From Giardia intestinalis (taxonomy: Eukaryota): a stretch of 64,000 bases of DNA. The position numbers and the translations under genes were made by a program. This document shows positions 46,525 through 56,000 of this stretch, in pieces. The stretch lies in NCBI GenBank assembly GCA_000002435.2, contig CM018789.1, one strand, 5' to 3'. How positions within the stretch are numbered: the first letter of the stretch is position 1; every line of letters begins with the position of its first letter. The notes under the pieces were generated by a model that made no database searches, was not told the origin of the DNA, and saw nothing but the letters and a program-made list of their open reading frames with translations.

Positions 46525-49143
46525 ATGGACAGCCGCCCAGAAGAACCTGCAGACCCGACGGAGGTTGTGGATAATCCGTTGCCGCCCAGTGTCCCATATG
46601 CCTCTGTGCCTCTTCTTGTCGGGGAGGAGTATGCTGCTCCTCTTAGCTGTGCAATAAACCCAGCAAAAGATCTTATCGCATGCGGAACGGAGACAGGAGT
46701 GCTTCTCATTTATCACTCCTTTTCGATGCAGCTTGTCCGTTCACTGAAAGTGGATGAAAATGCCATCTATAAACTTATTTGGGCCCCAGATAGCCAATCT
46801 ATATTGGCCATCACTATGGGCTCAATCCTATGGGTCTCCCTTGCCAGAGATACTAGCATAACTAGGATGGTGAGCGGAGACTCGATCTACGTTCCCGGGC
46901 AGGCAGCCAAGGGAGGTTCGAACGAATACTTAACTACGCAGGGAACTGGCAGGGAAGATCCACTCAGGGAACCCCAGGGAGACATTATAGAGGCGTGGAG
47001 TCTAGAGGATCAAGAGCTCTCCCTATTGTCATATTCTATTTCAGCATGGTTAATAGAAGTCGATCCTTCTGCTCTCCATTATACAAAGTTCGGTGCTGAA
47101 AATTTCCGCTATAGATCTTGCTTCCGGGTCATAGGAGTAGAGCTACTCATTACCGTAGCACTAAACTACTATGAAGCCACTGGGCTGAAGTCTATAATCT
47201 TTCTTGCAAATAAGTGCAACGATCCATCGTCAGACATGCACTCCTGGGCAGCTATCAACGAAGTCGACTACACAGCTGCCCTTGCCGATGCCTTTGGTGT
47301 GACCAGCATTCCGGCCACATCTGATGTCCTGGCGATCACGGGGCACGTCTTTGTAGTCTCAACTGGTCTTAAGTATGTCATTTTTCGTCGCAATACACTA
47401 TTTACGCCTTACAATCTCGCTGGAAAGGTGGATTATGCATCTCAGTTGCTAATCCAGGGTATAGGGTACACAGGGTCTGTTAATGAGCGGCGATTTGAAG
47501 CCCATAAGCAAACCCTTCATACCAATGAAGAGCCAACAATTGCCGTCACGTTTGTAACAACTAAGCAAACGATGGCGGTTACCAATTTCAGCACTGGTAT
47601 CGATACTAAGAACACAGGTGTCAGTAGAGGGACAAGTGCAGATGCATACGAAGTTCTGAGGGCTTTGATGTCTATTCCTCGGCAAGGAGAGGGCAATCAA
47701 TCTTATGTTGCGGAGTTTCGGTCATTCCACCATTTTTTTCTGTTCATTTATGCATATCACGCGTCTCTTTGTAGAGCAAGCATTACTTATGGACGCTCTC
47801 GCTTCTATCAAGCGCTAACAGACCTCACCTTTCAATCCCTATTCACTTCGGCAGCCAACGCAGCACGGGAAGGAGATGCCTTTACAAAACTAATGACAAT
47901 CCTATCATTTACCTTTTCTGCTGACATATGTGACTTCAGTTCGGTAATATACGATGAGCTAATAGCATCTTTCACTCTTGTAGAGGTCAGCGACGGTTGT
48001 AAGAGTACAGAGAAAACGGCAACAATAGATATGTACATGACAGGTGTGTTCAACTTGGCAGACATATTTAAAGCACTCGGAGATGATGTTCTGAAGCAGG
48101 CACCGGACCTATGTCTTCTTTATCCCAATCCCAGCCTTGCAGAGCTGCTCCTCAACTATCGCATCATCTCCTTCAAAACGAGTATTGACAAGCAGTGGTT
48201 GTATGTGGCCAATCCTCGATTCATACTGACTCTTTCTACCAAGCATAATGTGTGTGAGATATATGAATATGGGGAGAACTTCCTCATCAGCGACCTAGTT
48301 TTTGATATGAGGCCCTTCCCGGCCATTCACGTTGAATTTGGCTATGCTCCCTACGAGCTAGTGATGGCATCAGTAGGGTATTCTCCCCCATACACTCCAG
48401 AGAACATACGGTTACTGTCTGCCAATTGTAGCAAAACTACTATAAAGCAGACAAACGTGCTGTACGCAAATCTGGCCTCGCTGTCACAAGCAAGCAGGGT
48501 CACCAGTAGAAACGCAAGTCGGAGGCTAAGGCTAGTTCCACAGAGGAAGTCAAGGAGAAGGATAGACAAACGGAAACGAGATGCCCCTAGCCCAATCAGC
48601 ACCCTGTCAGAAAACAGGGGTTTCAGAGGAAAGAAGGTGAATCAGCAGAGAACACAGGCTAACCCAGAATCTAGTGCAACAGGTCCATTAACCAGTGATG
48701 ACCTTTCAAGCATAACAACCAGCTCTATGGTCAATCCAAATGAAGCAGGAGCCCAGGAGGAGAACCTAGCTATTACTACTTCAGACATAGACTCACTGCA
48801 GCGCCTCCTTCTGCAAGTAGAGCCACAGCTGGTGTTTTGGGCGTGCAGAGAAGTGCAGGACTTCAACAGCTGTTTCCCAGGCTTTGAAACTGTTAGCACC
48901 AATGTACTATATATAGAACGCGAGGACGAACTAGACATAGATCAGTCAGATCTATATCCCCCGACTGCGCTACCCCGGGCTGTTGACGTGGATTACAGAG
49001 AACTCCAATATCCGACGAAGACCGTGCAGGATGACGAGTTAGATATATTATCACTGGAAGACAGCATCCCAGCATACCATTACTTGCGATCTTATGCAGA
49101 GGTTCATGAGCTTCCCATAAAACTGACCATAGAAATAATATAA
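46525..49143 (+). CDS. hypothetical 872-aa protein. The N-terminus has WD/beta-propeller-like character, and the C-terminus is acidic
   Basis: Long ORF. N-terminal blocks such as LIACGTETGVLLIYH and IYKLIWAPDSQSILAIT resemble propeller blades. No confident family. Confidence 0.55.
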   Translation: MDSRPEEPADPTEVVDNPLPPSVPYASVPLLVGEEYAAPLSCAINPAKDLIACGTETGVLLIYHSFSMQLVRSLKVDENAIYKLIWAPDSQSILAITMGSILWVSLARDTSITRMVSGDSIYVPGQAAKGGSNEYLTTQGTGREDPLREPQGDIIEAWSLEDQELSLLSYSISAWLIEVDPSALHYTKFGAENFRYRSCFRVIGVELLITVALNYYEATGLKSIIFLANKCNDPSSDMHSWAAINEVDYTAALADAFGVTSIPATSDVLAITGHVFVVSTGLKYVIFRRNTLFTPYNLAGKVDYASQLLIQGIGYTGSVNERRFEAHKQTLHTNEEPTIAVTFVTTKQTMAVTNFSTGIDTKNTGVSRGTSADAYEVLRALMSIPRQGEGNQSYVAEFRSFHHFFLFIYAYHASLCRASITYGRSRFYQALTDLTFQSLFTSAANAAREGDAFTKLMTILSFTFSADICDFSSVIYDELIASFTLVEVSDGCKSTEKTATIDMYMTGVFNLADIFKALGDDVLKQAPDLCLLYPNPSLAELLLNYRIISFKTSIDKQWLYVANPRFILTLSTKHNVCEIYEYGENFLISDLVFDMRPFPAIHVEFGYAPYELVMASVGYSPPYTPENIRLLSANCSKTTIKQTNVLYANLASLSQASRVTSRNASRRLRLVPQRKSRRRIDKRKRDAPSPISTLSENRGFRGKKVNQQRTQANPESSATGPLTSDDLSSITTSSMVNPNEAGAQEENLAITTSDIDSLQRLLLQVEPQLVFWACREVQDFNSCFPGFETVSTNVLYIEREDELDIDQSDLYPPTALPRAVDVDYRELQYPTKTVQDDELDILSLEDSIPAYHYLRSYAEVHELPIKLTIEII

Positions 49144-49184
49144 TGATTAAAAAATTAATTTAAGGTTTCGGTAGTTAAAAAAGG

Positions 49185-49763
49185 ATGCCGAGCAAGTGCC
49201 CCCTCCGTGATCACATTGAGAAGCTCAAGACTGGAATCGCGCCAGACGACCTTGCTAGATGCAAGACAGAAGTCGCCGAGTGCGTGTCAAAGTTCAAGAC
49301 ACCAGTCAAGATCTTCCTGGGTGGTGTGACCTATGAGCACCTCTACGCAGTCGTGTTCAACGCCGTCATTTCTGTCATCATCCTGGTTATCGCATGGAGC
49401 CTTCCGCAGAATGCTCTCTTCAACGTTTGTTTGATCATTACCTTGCTCATGGGGGCGAAATTTGTATTCCAGCATCCGATCGTCGAGAGCAAGCTCGGGC
49501 TCATTTCTGGGAAGCTCGGTCCAGGGGACGCCAAGCTCGACATGCTAGTCGACACCCTCGCTGCCCTTCGTGCCCGACGCATTCAGCTCAAGGACACATT
49601 CTTCAACGACAATAAGAAAGTGCTCGCCCTCCTTGCCGGCCTCGCCTTTCTCTCCTTCTTCATCTCGACCCCTGTCATCGTCACAGTCGTTCTTGTTGTC
49701 CTTAATCTAGTGCCTTTCTATGTCAGATACGTTGTGGCGTCTCACAAGCAACCGGAGAACTGA
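49185..49763 (+). CDS. double-hairpin membrane protein, paralogue of 45705..46448 (reticulon/PRA1-like)
   Basis: Shares the motif VIAWSLPQNALFNVCLIITLL with AWILPANALFDAFLFLSIF in the paralogue, and has the same two-hairpin architecture. Length 192 aa. Confidence 0.55.
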   Translation: MPSKCPLRDHIEKLKTGIAPDDLARCKTEVAECVSKFKTPVKIFLGGVTYEHLYAVVFNAVISVIILVIAWSLPQNALFNVCLIITLLMGAKFVFQHPIVESKLGLISGKLGPGDAKLDMLVDTLAALRARRIQLKDTFFNDNKKVLALLAGLAFLSFFISTPVIVTVVLVVLNLVPFYVRYVVASHKQPEN

Positions 49764-49773
49764 GTTTAGTCAA

Positions 49774-49780
49774 AGTAAAT
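49774..49780 (+). promoter_or_regulatory. putative polyadenylation signal AGTAAAT 11 nt after the stop
   Basis: Matches AGTPuAAPy. Confidence 0.4.
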
Positions 49781-49799
49781 GCGCACTGGCGGTGTCTGG

Positions 49800-50135
49800 T
49801 CAGTGGAGTACCTTGACCAGATGTATGTCGTAGATCAAGTCTGTGTTGGGTGGGACTATCTCGAAAAGTCCTCTGGGCCCATACCCGAATTCTGCTGGGA
49901 CCTGGAGGATGGCGTGCTCTCCCTCAGACATTGTCGGGATAGCTATGTCCCATGCCCGGATTGTTTGGTTTATCCCAACTTTGAAGCTGATTGGCTTGTT
50001 GGTGAAGCGCGTCGAGTCGAATACCTTCCCGTTTTTAAAGGCTGCAGTATAGTGTACCAGCACAGAACTGCCCTTTTGCGGATACGTGCGTCTGTCCCCG
50101 TGGCGTAGAATGTGTTTGTAGAGCGCTAATGACAT
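49800..50135 (-). CDS. FKBP: FKBP-type peptidyl-prolyl cis-trans isomerase (FKBP12-like)
   Basis: GDRRTYPQKGSSVLVHYTAAFKNGKVFDSTRFTNKPISFKVGINQTIRAWDIAIPTMSEGEHAILQVPAEFGYGPRG...IPPNTDLIYDIHLVKV matches the canonical FKBP12 signature throughout. Length 111 aa. Confidence 0.85.
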   Translation of the reverse strand: MSLALYKHILRHGDRRTYPQKGSSVLVHYTAAFKNGKVFDSTRFTNKPISFKVGINQTIRAWDIAIPTMSEGEHAILQVPAEFGYGPRGLFEIVPPNTDLIYDIHLVKVLH

Positions 50136-50147
50136 TGCTGAGAGTTT

Positions 50148-53027
50148 TTAAACCTTGCTACCTCGCTTATCGGGAAGCATCGCATCGACACGCTTGGCAA
50201 GCTCCTCTAGAGATTCTATTAGTTCCTGGCTCATAGCGGGACTGCACATGGCGGCATGCTCGGACCTGGCCCGCCTAGGGCACAGATTGTGATGTTGCAT
50301 CATGTCTTGCTTCCCAATAACGGCCTCAGCATACTTGGTTTGCTCTGATTTATGTCTAGCAAGTTGCCGCACTTGGTGCTGAAGCTTTAATATTCGTTCC
50401 TCATATACGTCGTGTTCTCCCGCTTCATCTTTGCCCTTTAGCAGTCTGTATTTCTTTTCTCCTTGTCTCAACGCTTCGGCGCCATGTGTGCGCAGTGACA
50501 TGAGCTTGGTTACGTAGACAATAGCTTTTCTGAGATTCTGCTTGTATGCGTCGCGCTGCTGCAGTGCTTTATTCAGATCTAACAACAGCTTTGTTTTTTC
50601 TACATTAACATTATCAATCTCAATTGTCGACGAGACCCGAGGGGAAGAGGATCTGATTCTCTGCCGTGACAGCTCCGCGTTAAGCCTTGTGCACTCAGCA
50701 ACTAGCTTCTGGTTGCAATCGTTGAGCTTCTGATGCTTTTGTAGAAGAGCTTTAAGTTCAGTTTCTCGAGCGGCACACTCCGCTTTCAGCTCACTGCACT
50801 GCTGCTTTGTTTCTCGCAAAGCCTCCTCAAATCGGGGCGCTTGAAGCACGCTACTTATGAGCTCGGCAGGCCCCATCTCCGGGCATACGTCCGTTTGAAC
50901 CGCACAGCTGGTGGTGTGGATGGGGCTTTGGAGCGAGTAGCACTGTAGGGATACAGGCTCAGAGTCGTCGCCGCTTGCTTGACATGCAACCGACTTCGTG
51001 ACGAGTGTCACTGTTGATATAAGCATCGTGTGTGTGGCTTTGTTAGAAGTTGCCATAATATGCTGACATGCAGTGGATACACTATTAGTGGCCTTGTCTG
51101 TCTGAGTTGCTGCGCAAGAGGCGGCGTGGATACCCTCCCCTGGTGGACTTGATACGCCAAACCGCGTGAGAGACGCTAGCATGCATTTCTTGCAGTAACC
51201 TTCCTCTATCACAGCAAGCTCTGCCTCCTGCAGTTTAATTTGATCTGTCATGCTGACGATATTATCCTCCAGCAAGCGAATGTGGGCGTTAGCCTCCATC
51301 ATCTTGCCGGTAATGGTCATCTCTGCTTCTGCCATTGTTGATTCTCGAATAGCAGCTAGCTCAGCTCGATGATTTTCAATTGTGGAGGCTAATTCCTTCT
51401 CCACTCGGGAAAGATTGGAGGCTAAATCGTCGCGTTCGGCAGTCATTTCTTGCAAATTCTCCTGCGTAGTTCCTACGGCGTTCCGCAGCTGCTCTATCTC
51501 CTCTGTAAGATTAGAAATGGCTCTTCGCGCCTTTGCTAGTTCTGCTTTGTCATGGTAGCTCGACTGCTCCTCTTCGTTGTGAACCTGCACAAGGGCATCT
51601 ACAAGGATTTTAATTTCATCATTCTTCTGCCGTATCTTCTGATTGAACTGGCTATACAAGTCCTCGGTTACCATTCCGATTCTGTTGCATTGTACCTCAG
51701 CCCTTGCCAGAGCTATGCTTTCAGACAGCAATCTGAAGGTGCTTGAGACTTCATCGATGGAGTGCTCTGGACGCTTATCGAGGAGATGCAGAGGATAATT
51801 CTCTTGAAGAGGGTCCTGGCACGGAAGCATTGGTCGAGAAGGTTGTGCTGCAACAGCCCGACTGACAGATGGTACCAACAGCCCAGGGTCCGTCTGAGTT
51901 TCTGCCACTGCCGATGAACAGAGTTGTTGTTGTTGCTGTAATGATAAGGATAATGATGGTGATGAGTCTGTTAGTTTTAGAGGAGCAGCAGTCCCAGAAA
52001 GTTCAGGTTGATGCGTGCTGCAGAATGTCTGTGCACTAGCACCAAGATAGTCTAGAAGATCATTGCTTTGAGATAGTCTGAGATTGCTGGACCTCAGTGT
52101 GGCACACGTGGCAGACAGCGAAAGTACCTCCTCTTCTAGATGCTCCTTCTCATGCTTAGTCTCAGCTAGCGCATCCTTCAGACTCTTGATTGTCTCCCCT
52201 CGCTTGTTGAGCTGCATAATCGTTTCTTCGAGAAGGCCCTTCGCATCTTGTAGCCGAGCTCTCATAGAAAGAAGGAGCTCAGATGCCCGGCTTCGTGATA
52301 GGCTCTGCAGTTGGTCCGTTATCTGGACTGTGTTATACGTTTGCAAGTTTGGAAAAGCAACCAGTAGGCCGACAATGTGTGCAAGATCGGTGTGCGTTGT
52401 ATCGGAACTGTTGGCTTGAGATTGGAGGTCTAGCTGAAGCTCGCACAGAGTAAGTGCATTGAGTGCAACAGAGGCCATGGTAATAAATGTTTGGACTGGC
52501 GTTTTTCCCGGAATGAAGACTCCGGATATGGCTAATTTGCGGACATGGCTATAGCGCCGCCGAACAGAGGCGCTAAGAGAAGGGTGCTCCTTTAAAAGCG
52601 TCTGCTCTTCCTCCCTTGCTTGAAAAACAACATTATCAATGCTGATCTCCTTGACCATTGGAAATTTGTCTGCATCTCCTAAGAAGATCAGCAGCTCTGA
52701 AAGGCTAGTGTCAAGCCGCAGGTGAGCCAGACTTATGGTACGAATATGCTTATAGTTTGCTAGAAGACCAATATCGCGAATTGAGTGGTTGTTTATCAAT
52801 ACCGATTCAATCCGAGGATTGATGCGCACAGTAGACAAAGCACGAATAGGCTCCTGTTGGACGCGAGGATAATCTAGATTAAGGAAGAGATCAGCCATTG
52901 CGCTCATCCCTACAAATCTGCCGATGCGACGAGCTGTTGGCGGAATTGTTAGATTGAAATGGATTTTGGACAAAAAGCATGAAAGTAAATTTAACACAAA
53001 AGCAAATGGCTTCGGCTGCACTGGCAC
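50148..53027 (-). CDS. hypothetical large coiled-coil protein (about 920-959 aa) with a possibly LRR-like N-terminus
   Basis: Extensive heptad and charged regions (LEEEVLSLSATCATLRSS..., AELAAIRESTMAEAEM..., ELKALLQKHQKLNDCNQKLVAECTRLNAELS). The track start at 53027 overlaps the divergent neighbour, so an internal Met at about 52907 or 52898 is the likelier start. Confidence 0.6.
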   Translation of the reverse strand: MPVQPKPFAFVLNLLSCFLSKIHFNLTIPPTARRIGRFVGMSAMADLFLNLDYPRVQQEPIRALSTVRINPRIESVLINNHSIRDIGLLANYKHIRTISLAHLRLDTSLSELLIFLGDADKFPMVKEISIDNVVFQAREEEQTLLKEHPSLSASVRRRYSHVRKLAISGVFIPGKTPVQTFITMASVALNALTLCELQLDLQSQANSSDTTHTDLAHIVGLLVAFPNLQTYNTVQITDQLQSLSRSRASELLLSMRARLQDAKGLLEETIMQLNKRGETIKSLKDALAETKHEKEHLEEEVLSLSATCATLRSSNLRLSQSNDLLDYLGASAQTFCSTHQPELSGTAAPLKLTDSSPSLSLSLQQQQQLCSSAVAETQTDPGLLVPSVSRAVAAQPSRPMLPCQDPLQENYPLHLLDKRPEHSIDEVSSTFRLLSESIALARAEVQCNRIGMVTEDLYSQFNQKIRQKNDEIKILVDALVQVHNEEEQSSYHDKAELAKARRAISNLTEEIEQLRNAVGTTQENLQEMTAERDDLASNLSRVEKELASTIENHRAELAAIRESTMAEAEMTITGKMMEANAHIRLLEDNIVSMTDQIKLQEAELAVIEEGYCKKCMLASLTRFGVSSPPGEGIHAASCAATQTDKATNSVSTACQHIMATSNKATHTMLISTVTLVTKSVACQASGDDSEPVSLQCYSLQSPIHTTSCAVQTDVCPEMGPAELISSVLQAPRFEEALRETKQQCSELKAECAARETELKALLQKHQKLNDCNQKLVAECTRLNAELSRQRIRSSSPRVSSTIEIDNVNVEKTKLLLDLNKALQQRDAYKQNLRKAIVYVTKLMSLRTHGAEALRQGEKKYRLLKGKDEAGEHDVYEERILKLQHQVRQLARHKSEQTKYAEAVIGKQDMMQHHNLCPRRARSEHAAMCSPAMSQELIESLEELAKRVDAMLPDKRGSKV

Positions 53028-56000
53028 TCTTGCATGCCCCGGGATTCTCGACCAATGAAGAGGCCATCAAGCTTGTGCAAGAGCAGATTGAAACAATCCA
53101 CTATCAAGTCGACACGGGAACTATCGTTGATCTTTGCCGTGTGGCTCTTCAGACCAAGGCTCCATCTCTCTGCTTACTTCTTTCACGCTTCTACCACGCA
53201 GAATCGAGGATAGGACTCGCTGCCTTTTTCGCCCTTCTTCCTGACCCGGCAGTGCTTTCCCTCACAGAGTCTGACCTCTACAGCCAGGAGATCATGACAT
53301 CTATCGTCGATTTTTATATAGCCTACCGTTCTGGGTTGGTCGCTGGCTCGCTAGCGTCTGTAAGGTATACAGAGGACAGCACAACAGGGAATCTGCGCCA
53401 AGTCAGCCAGCCCCATGGGTCCTCCAGTGTCAATTGTAGTGCACATGGTAGCTCTGTGATCTTTGGCAAGCAGTCTGCCACCGATTTACTTGCGTCCAGG
53501 CAAAGTGTGCATTTTGCCAATAAGAACGCCACACTCTTTGGACTCGATCAAAGTGGGTCTGTGCTTCTAGACGACCAGTCCAGAGCTGGTGCCGCGGGGT
53601 GCTCTTCTTCCACACTTATTGGGAAGAGCGTCGTGGGCCATTCCTCGCAAGCAGATCGCAACCGTACACGCATGTTGACCGACGACGAGTTTGTAAAAAT
53701 GTACATCACTTCTAGGCCGACCACGACGTACCAAGAGCTTTGCACTATCGGTAATCCAGACAGCATTGTTTTTAGTGAGCTTTTGCATGCTGATCTGAAC
53801 AAGATAACCGCGGTTATCGATGCAATCATCGAAGGATCCAAGATGCACTCTAAACTTAGCTTCCTATTGCAGACACAGCACATTGAGCCTACGCGAAAAG
53901 CCGAAAATGTGACTATTGATTTGTCCTATTTGCAGATACCAGGGATGCCTGACCTACAACCAACAGACATTCAAACCAATGCCGACAATGACTTTGTTAT
54001 TCCGCGGCTCTCTGAATTGACCAGCGTCACTGCAACTCCTTTTATCCGGCAACTACCCCTTGACACCTTGCGGACGATGGAGAAGGATGCTCACTTTATA
54101 ACTGATTTTGCCTTTTGCTCTAGTATTTTGTGTGCTGTTGGAGACGAATACAAAAGAAGATGCTTGTTCGAAGACGCAGCCCGCTGCTATGCACAGAACA
54201 GCAATCTTGAGCCATTGGCAACGCTGTTTTTGGATATGATAAAGCTTATATCTGAGCCATCTGGCGCCGCCTCTACTGTTTCTGTTCCTGCACCAGAAAA
54301 CAAGGTGCGCAACATAATCATCTCTCATACCATACAGCTGGCGTTCCAAGTATTTCAGGACTTGCCCGGCGCTATGCTAGACAATCTCATTTCGATGCTG
54401 AAGGAGGAAAGCATCCCAACGCCCTTCGGCTCTGCATTTCTCGGCTCTCTCAAAAACCATATCTTAACAGGAAAATGCCAGAGCTCTCTTTACAAAACCG
54501 TTTTTGCTGAAAAGACTAATACGCGGATCGACCGCAACATCCTCCTCAAAATCCAGCAAAACATCCACAGGTCCTCTTCGGACTCGTTTATAATCACTAC
54601 CGCCTTCTTTATGGCCAGTCTTATGCATGCGCAGCTAGGGCACTCGCTACAATCAACAAAGGACCCCTCTGTCAATCTTTCGACATGGGATAAATTTGGG
54701 CGTATATCTTACGAGGGGATAATCTTCCGGGGTGTAACAATGCCTGGTGACGTGGGTGTCTACAATAAATACTACTCTGTCATGAAGGCTGGAAACCTCA
54801 CTGCCGACATTGATGGGTATGCCTGCGGCGGTATGCTCCTTGGCCTAGGCATCATGACCTCAGAGATGCCTTCAGTTGACGGATTTTCCTCGTACACCCT
54901 TTTGAACGCAGCTGAGCCGATCCTCTCCAATCCTGGAAGGTACATGCTGCTTTTTGATGAGAACGGGATGCTCGCCCCCCGCCCTTCAATGTCGGTTCAG
55001 GGCTATGAGGCCTTTGTTTTCGGATATGCCGTCTCAGCAGGGCTCATGTGCTTGGGGACTAGCAACGAGAAGCTCACTACCCGCCTGAAGTCACTCTTGA
55101 CTTCTCCAGCTGCGTCTCACCCTGACGCAATCTATGGTATATTGTTTGGCTTGGGCCTAATTCACTTAGGTGATCCTCTATTTCTCAAAGCATTCAATTT
55201 CAATGAGTTCTACATTTCCAAGTTTGGAATGGGCATGACAACGTCAAAGACAACGATCACAGTAACGGATGAGCCTCCTAAACTTTATACAGACCTTGCG
55301 GCGACCGTTCTTGAGTTTCTTGTGTCCAAACATGAAAAGGTGCGGACAGGTGCCGCAATGTGCATTGCTCTTTGCTGCTACTGTATTGACGCTCAGGCCA
55401 ACCAAGCCATAGAGTTTCTTCTGGACTTTGAGCCGCGGATTCAGACTTCGCATCTCACGTCGAACAAGCTTTGTGATGGCATTCAGAAAGCGGGGCCAAT
55501 CGCCCTGGGCCTGGCATATGCTCATACTAACTCCCTCGAGGTGGCGACCCAGCTTGTCAGCATAGCTTCTCGCTCCACGGTGGATGAGGTGAGCTATCAC
55601 GGACTGGTAATGATAGCCTTTGTGCTCTCCTCCCAGCGTAGCTTTGCTAATGAGCTCCTCATCCTCGCTGCCAAGTCTCACCGGGTTGCATGCAGACAGG
55701 GTGCAGCTCTGGCATTGGGGTATATTAACGCGGGAACATGGGACCCAGTTGTCGTTAAGGAGTTGCGCGATTTGATGAGCGACCAAGTTGAGGCCGTGCG
55801 CACGCACGCCATTATTGCACAGGCGTTGGTCTTGCAGACGTGCAGCGCCCCGACGCTTCCTGAGAAGATTAAAATTGAGTCGGATGCTCCATTAGGAGAT
55901 AGGCAGAAGAATGTTATCTATAAACAGGACCATGATCCCACGTTCATTAGAAAGGTCGCGGCTTTAAACAAGCTTCGACATATTCCAGGAAGAGTCCAAG

